Below are positions 7,392 to 10,909 of a stretch of DNA of 10,909 nucleotides, piece by piece. Where the stretch lies: the IMG/VR virus record IMGVR_UViG_2690316278_000007; one strand, given 5' to 3'. Under the pieces are notes generated by a model that saw nothing but the letters and a program-made list of their open reading frames with translations, did no database searches and was not told the origin of the DNA. The DNA is from a virus (lineage: Duplodnaviria > Heunggongvirae > Uroviricota > Caudoviricetes). Every line of letters starts with the position of its first letter. Position 1 is the first letter of the stretch. Both the position numbers and the translations under genes were made by a program.

Positions 7392-8810
7392 ATGACATAC
7401 GCACTGATTGATAATTCAACTCTAACTGCAGTCCAAAGAATCGAGGGGAAAGTAAAAACAAGATCGAAGGACTCAGTAGATACAGACATAATAGCATTTG
7501 AGAACTATATACAGTCTATTTTGTTCTATGATCACGTTATCGCGGTTGATGATTATATTCCAGAGTACCGTGGGAGTAGGATTTCAAGTTTCAGAGAGAT
7601 ATTATTTCTTGATAAAGCACAATATGGGTTGGATGAAATTGAAAGTGAAGCAAAAAAAATATCTGATGCATTGAAACCTAAAATTCGTGGTGGAACATTT
7701 GTTAATGACGATTTTAAAAAACTAATTGAACTTCTTCAGACACATATCATATGTACATGGGACATTAGTTCAAGTGTTTATCATCTAACACTGAAGAACT
7801 TATCTGATGGAGGTAAGGAGTTTGAAAAATATGGTAACATTGCTGCTGCCATTTTTTCAGAACTGCGTGATGCTGCTGAGTCTGGTAATAGAACAAATGG
7901 CGATGTTGAACTTCTCGATCGATTTGGCAACCCTATTCGCAAGGGGTACAAAGTTCCCGGAGCAAAATGGGGGGATGGCACATCTGCTGGTGAAGCATCA
8001 GATGCAATCAAAGCATTCGTGGCTTCGCTTGTATGGCTGGCTAATCGGGCAGTATTTTATTCTCTCACAGCTAAGTACCTTCAAGCAGATACTTTTTTAT
8101 ATCCATTACGTCAGGCGTATCAACAGACATATTTAAGCCAAAACTGTCAGTATGGTTTTGACTATGCTAAACATATTGTAGAAAACTTTTCCACTTCGTT
8201 AAGTCATGATCTCATTGATATTCATTCTGGTGGTAAAGCTGTAGCAACAGCAACTTCGCTTCCTTTATTTTCGGCATGGCTCGCAAAAGAAACTGGTGAT
8301 CCAAGTTGTATTGTTGAAGCTGCTTATAACATAAGGGACAACAACGAATTTGTAAGGGCCCGTGAGAAAATGCGAGAAATAAAGCGCTTGTTTGATGAAA
8401 ATGAATTGCCTCAAGCTAATAAGTCAGTAAGAGCATTGCTTACTGAAGTATCGAAAGAATCAGATTATATTCGAACTAAGTATGGGCTCAAGACTAGACA
8501 AGGTGTACCTGTAACTAAGCTTGTACATGTATACAATACTGTTGCGGCTATTAATTCCCTTCCGAAACTACCGACCTTTAATTTTAAAGTTAAAGTTCCT
8601 GATTTCTTATATGATCTTAAAAAACCCAAGGGGTTTCGTGCTCTCTATCGAAATTTGACTAATGATCTTTCTACTGTGTGGTCGTTAGGAGAAGCTCGAG
8701 ATATTCTTGGAAGTAAAGTTGTGATAGATAATCATGCAAGAATTTACAGTCCGAAGCATGAAGAACCGCGTTTCAAAAACTCTCATTCCCCATATAAGAG
8801 CCCGATGTAG
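7392..8810 (+). CDS. Hypothetical 472-aa protein of unknown function; AT-rich cargo gene in the G-FI (P2 Z/fun-type) slot
   Basis: Uninterrupted 1419-nt ORF, ATG 7392 to TAG 8808-8810, on the strand opposite to all flanking phage genes, with its own promoter and SD. G+C is about 35-38% in the two 60-nt lines I counted, against about 60% in a sampled FI line. No Walker A, no obvious HEPN Rx4-6H, no clear PD-(D/E)xK motif and no evident transmembrane segment. Confidence 0.85.
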   Translation: MTYALIDNSTLTAVQRIEGKVKTRSKDSVDTDIIAFENYIQSILFYDHVIAVDDYIPEYRGSRISSFREILFLDKAQYGLDEIESEAKKISDALKPKIRGGTFVNDDFKKLIELLQTHIICTWDISSSVYHLTLKNLSDGGKEFEKYGNIAAAIFSELRDAAESGNRTNGDVELLDRFGNPIRKGYKVPGAKWGDGTSAGEASDAIKAFVASLVWLANRAVFYSLTAKYLQADTFLYPLRQAYQQTYLSQNCQYGFDYAKHIVENFSTSLSHDLIDIHSGGKAVATATSLPLFSAWLAKETGDPSCIVEAAYNIRDNNEFVRAREKMREIKRLFDENELPQANKSVRALLTEVSKESDYIRTKYGLKTRQGVPVTKLVHVYNTVAAINSLPKLPTFNFKVKVPDFLYDLKKPKGFRALYRNLTNDLSTVWSLGEARDILGSKVVIDNHARIYSPKHEEPRFKNSHSPYKSPM

Positions 8811-8812
8811 CT

Positions 8813-8843
8813 TAAGAAAAAGACACGCCCACCTTGTGCGTCT
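8813..8843 (-). terminator. Candidate terminator for the H-G late transcript (weak hairpin plus T-tract on the minus strand)
   Basis: On the minus strand, ACGC/GCGU pairing (8825-8841) is followed by UCUUUUUCUU (8823-8813), ending right at the cargo stop codon. The stem is imperfect. Confidence 0.35.
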
Positions 8844-8848
8844 ACTTC

Positions 8849-8890
8849 TGGCACAGAGCGGACTCTCAGATTAGGCTTTACTCTGTGCCA
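8849..8890. other. 10-bp perfect inverted repeat between the convergent cargo and G genes
   Basis: tGGCACAGAG (8849-8858) and CTCTGTGCCa (8881-8890) with a 22-nt spacer. Possibly a bidirectional terminator or structured element; no clean U-tract on the plus strand. Confidence 0.4.
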
Positions 8891-8924
8891 TAGATATGTA
8901 AGCTCACACCAGAGCTCATACAAC

Positions 8925-9452
8925 TTATTGCGGCATTTCCGGCCATTCAGGATTTGCAGGATCCACACGACTGACCAGAACACTGTAGCGTTCCCATGCC
9001 TCCAGTCGACTGCGCTCCTCATCTGTTGCCATATTCAGCCTGACAGCGCGCTCCAGCGGCAAAATCACGGATTCAGCATCTGCAAGAAGTCTGGCTTTCC
9101 GATTTTCTGCCTGCTGCTGCAATTCCTCTGCCGTATAAATTCGTTTAATCACTGTACAGTCCTTAAACATCCAGTTCCCTGAAATGTCCGCCCGTCGGTT
9201 AGCAGTAATATCCGGCACTTCAACAACACTTAATCCATCCGGTCTGATAGCTGTCACATCCTTTTCCACATAGCGGATAATATTATCTTTGTCGTACGCT
9301 ATTTTTATCGTGTCATCAGCAAAATACTTTTGTTCTTCGTACCAGTTCTTACCATCTTCTGAAAAAAACCAGACAACATCAAAGTCCTTTGTCAATTGAT
9401 ATTGTTCAACCGTTTTTGGATTACCTGCCGTTATATTTATCAAATGCTGCAT
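8925..9452 (-). CDS. G: Tail fibre assembly protein gpG (175 aa)
   Basis: Minus-strand [47 protein letters not shown]... lying directly downstream of H (H stop TAA, 3-nt spacer, G ATG), the arrangement typical of P2. Confidence 0.88.
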   Translation of the reverse strand: MQHLINITAGNPKTVEQYQLTKDFDVVWFFSEDGKNWYEEQKYFADDTIKIAYDKDNIIRYVEKDVTAIRPDGLSVVEVPDITANRRADISGNWMFKDCTVIKRIYTAEELQQQAENRKARLLADAESVILPLERAVRLNMATDEERSRLEAWERYSVLVSRVDPANPEWPEMPQ

Positions 9453-9455
9453 AAA

Positions 9456-10909
9456 TTATACCTGTGCCACGTTATACCAAGTCCCGTTAATGTATTTCTG
9501 CACCGGTCTGTAATATACGCCACCAATGTTATCGGCAGAGTTTGAGCCGGTATCCTGAACAATAATGCCGGAATATACACACCCGGACGGTGCCTGATGT
9601 GTCCATGTCATACCATTGTTCGCAGGTTTGTATGTGGCAGCACCACCAAGCCGGATATCCCGGACATAGCGTGAATCAAAGTTGCCATAGTTAGATGGTG
9701 ATACCTGCCCGTTAACAGCAAAAGTGATGCTGTTATCTGTATTTCTCTGACTGTAAAAATGCCAGCCTGCATCATCACCTAATTCAGCCACCACAGGACG
9801 ACTTGAGTTTCCCCACAAATTGAATGCGGCTTCCTTCGTGGATGTATTGCTGCTGCTGACCGTGAACTTTTTCCCGCTACCGGCACGTACTTTGGTACTT
9901 GAGACAATATCACCTGTAACACTCAGGCCATGCCCCATTGACACTCCGCCATTGGCGTTATTGATAGTCAGCGGTCTTAAGCCGTTCCATGTCCCAAATT
10001 TATCGCCAGAGGCCGTCAGCATTAAATATGTGCTGCCGCCATCATTCCTGATAAAGAATCCATAATTGCCATAAGCAATGCGCAGACCATTAGCACTGAG
10101 TGATGTAATTTCACCTCTTGAACGGAGACCATAAGCGGAGCTGAGTGATAATTCTTCCTGAGCGTCATTGTTTCCTGTCGCCCAGCGAATTACCCCGCCC
10201 TGAACTGTTTCATGCCAGATAGTATCTCCTTCTCCACCACGAAACTTTCTGAGATATTTTTTGCCGCCTCTGGTGCCTGAACATAAGGCCGTAGACATAT
10301 AGGCATTCTGGCTTCCGCCATCCTGATTAATCGTTCCGGTCATTGAGTCGCCCTGACGATTCCAGTCACGACGCCAGCCGGGGGAGTAGCCGTCCCCATG
10401 ATTTATGTAAGTGAATTGCGCGCTGGTTGTACCGCCACCGCTTGATGTTGTTGGCGTGGTCACTCGGATAGTGATTGCAGATTTAGTTCCCATGACCTCG
10501 ACGACACAACCAGCCAGGTGGATATCACCACATCCGGTATCCGTAATGATTTTGTTATTTGCATATGACCAGGAGCCTTTGCACATCCAGTACGGATGAT
10601 TAAATGCACCACGGGAATCCAGCCATTCAATAAACTGAGCGGTTGTCCAGTTTCCGGCTTCAGTGCTCAAAGCGCCGCTATAAGCACGACAGGCACCGAT
10701 ATTTTTCGTGAAGGTATCCTTTCCCGGAATATCCGCACCGTTCTGATCTTTCTGAAGACGTTTTTCAGCATTGTCATAGGCAGACTTCACTGCTTTTGGC
10801 GTTGCGGCCAGCGTTTCAGAATCGCTGTTGATGGCACTACTTAGCTGGACAAGACCTTTTCGCGCTGTGGTGGCATCCTGTGCAGTGTATTTCCCGTTAG
10901 CAAGGTCAT
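9456..10909 (-). CDS. H: Tail fibre protein gpH, 5'-truncated by the window edge (C-terminal ~484 codons present)
   Basis: The frame stays open from the window edge (codon at 10907-10905) to the TAA at 9458-9456. The edge-proximal translation DLANGKYTAQDATTARKGLVQLSSAINSDSETLAATPKAVK... looks like P2-type H. The M at 10790 in the ORF track is an internal GTG, not the start. Confidence 0.85.
   Translation of the reverse strand, partial: DLANGKYTAQDATTARKGLVQLSSAINSDSETLAATPKAVKSAYDNAEKRLQKDQNGADIPGKDTFTKNIGACRAYSGALSTEAGNWTTAQFIEWLDSRGAFNHPYWMCKGSWSYANNKIITDTGCGDIHLAGCVVEVMGTKSAITIRVTTPTTSSGGGTTSAQFTYINHGDGYSPGWRRDWNRQGDSMTGTINQDGGSQNAYMSTALCSGTRGGKKYLRKFRGGEGDTIWHETVQGGVIRWATGNNDAQEELSLSSAYGLRSRGEITSLSANGLRIAYGNYGFFIRNDGGSTYLMLTASGDKFGTWNGLRPLTINNANGGVSMGHGLSVTGDIVSSTKVRAGSGKKFTVSSSNTSTKEAAFNLWGNSSRPVVAELGDDAGWHFYSQRNTDNSITFAVNGQVSPSNYGNFDSRYVRDIRLGGAATYKPANNGMTWTHQAPSGCVYSGIIVQDTGSNSADNIGGVYYRPVQKYINGTWYNVAQV

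Noticed and set aside
7781-8136. ORFs 7781..8011 (minus) and 7807..8136 (plus) inside the cargo gene
   Set aside because: Alternate-frame or antisense frames within the long 472-aa ORF; AT-rich DNA gives few stops in some frames.
7392-8810. Specific enzymatic assignment for the cargo protein (ATPase, HEPN RNase, PD-(D/E)xK nuclease)
   Set aside because: I searched the translation by eye and found none of these motifs, so the function stays unassigned.
8783-9182. ORFs 8783..9022 (minus) and 8928..9182 (plus) overlapping G
   Set aside because: Overlap the gpG gene and the hairpin region; no independent signals.
10790-10792. Start of H at 10790 as given by the ORF track
   Set aside because: It is an internal GTG; the same frame is open for 39 more codons to the window edge.
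9820-10844. Plus-strand ORFs antisense to H (9820..10065, 10411..10599, 10596..10844)
   Set aside because: Embedded in the tail fibre gene.
1-10909. CRISPR arrays, tRNA or rRNA genes, IS elements or transposase genes
   Set aside because: No regularly spaced direct repeats, no tRNA-like T-arm motif and no transposase-like ORF seen. The only mobile context is the prophage itself.

Overview
This window is the tail-gene block of a P2-like (Peduovirus-type) prophage from an enterobacterium, read right to left on the minus strand in the order H (tail fibre, runs off the right edge), G, FI (sheath), FII (tube), E and E+E' (frameshifted chaperone pair), T (tape measure), U, D, ogr. Three runs of N (938-1035, 2083-2581, 2619-3462) hide part of D, the U/T junction and roughly the C-terminal half of T. 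The unusual element sits in the G-FI intergenic slot, where P2 itself carries the non-essential Z/fun exclusion locus: a single AT-rich 472-aa ORF (7392-8810) on the opposite strand, with its own sigma70-like promoter and flanked by hairpins. I recognise no domain in it by eye and propose it as a candidate single-gene anti-phage or superinfection-exclusion cargo. I also mapped the E/E' -1 frameshift site and a candidate Ogr-dependent late promoter for FI. All calls come from reading the sequence and from recalled P2 biology; no database search was run.
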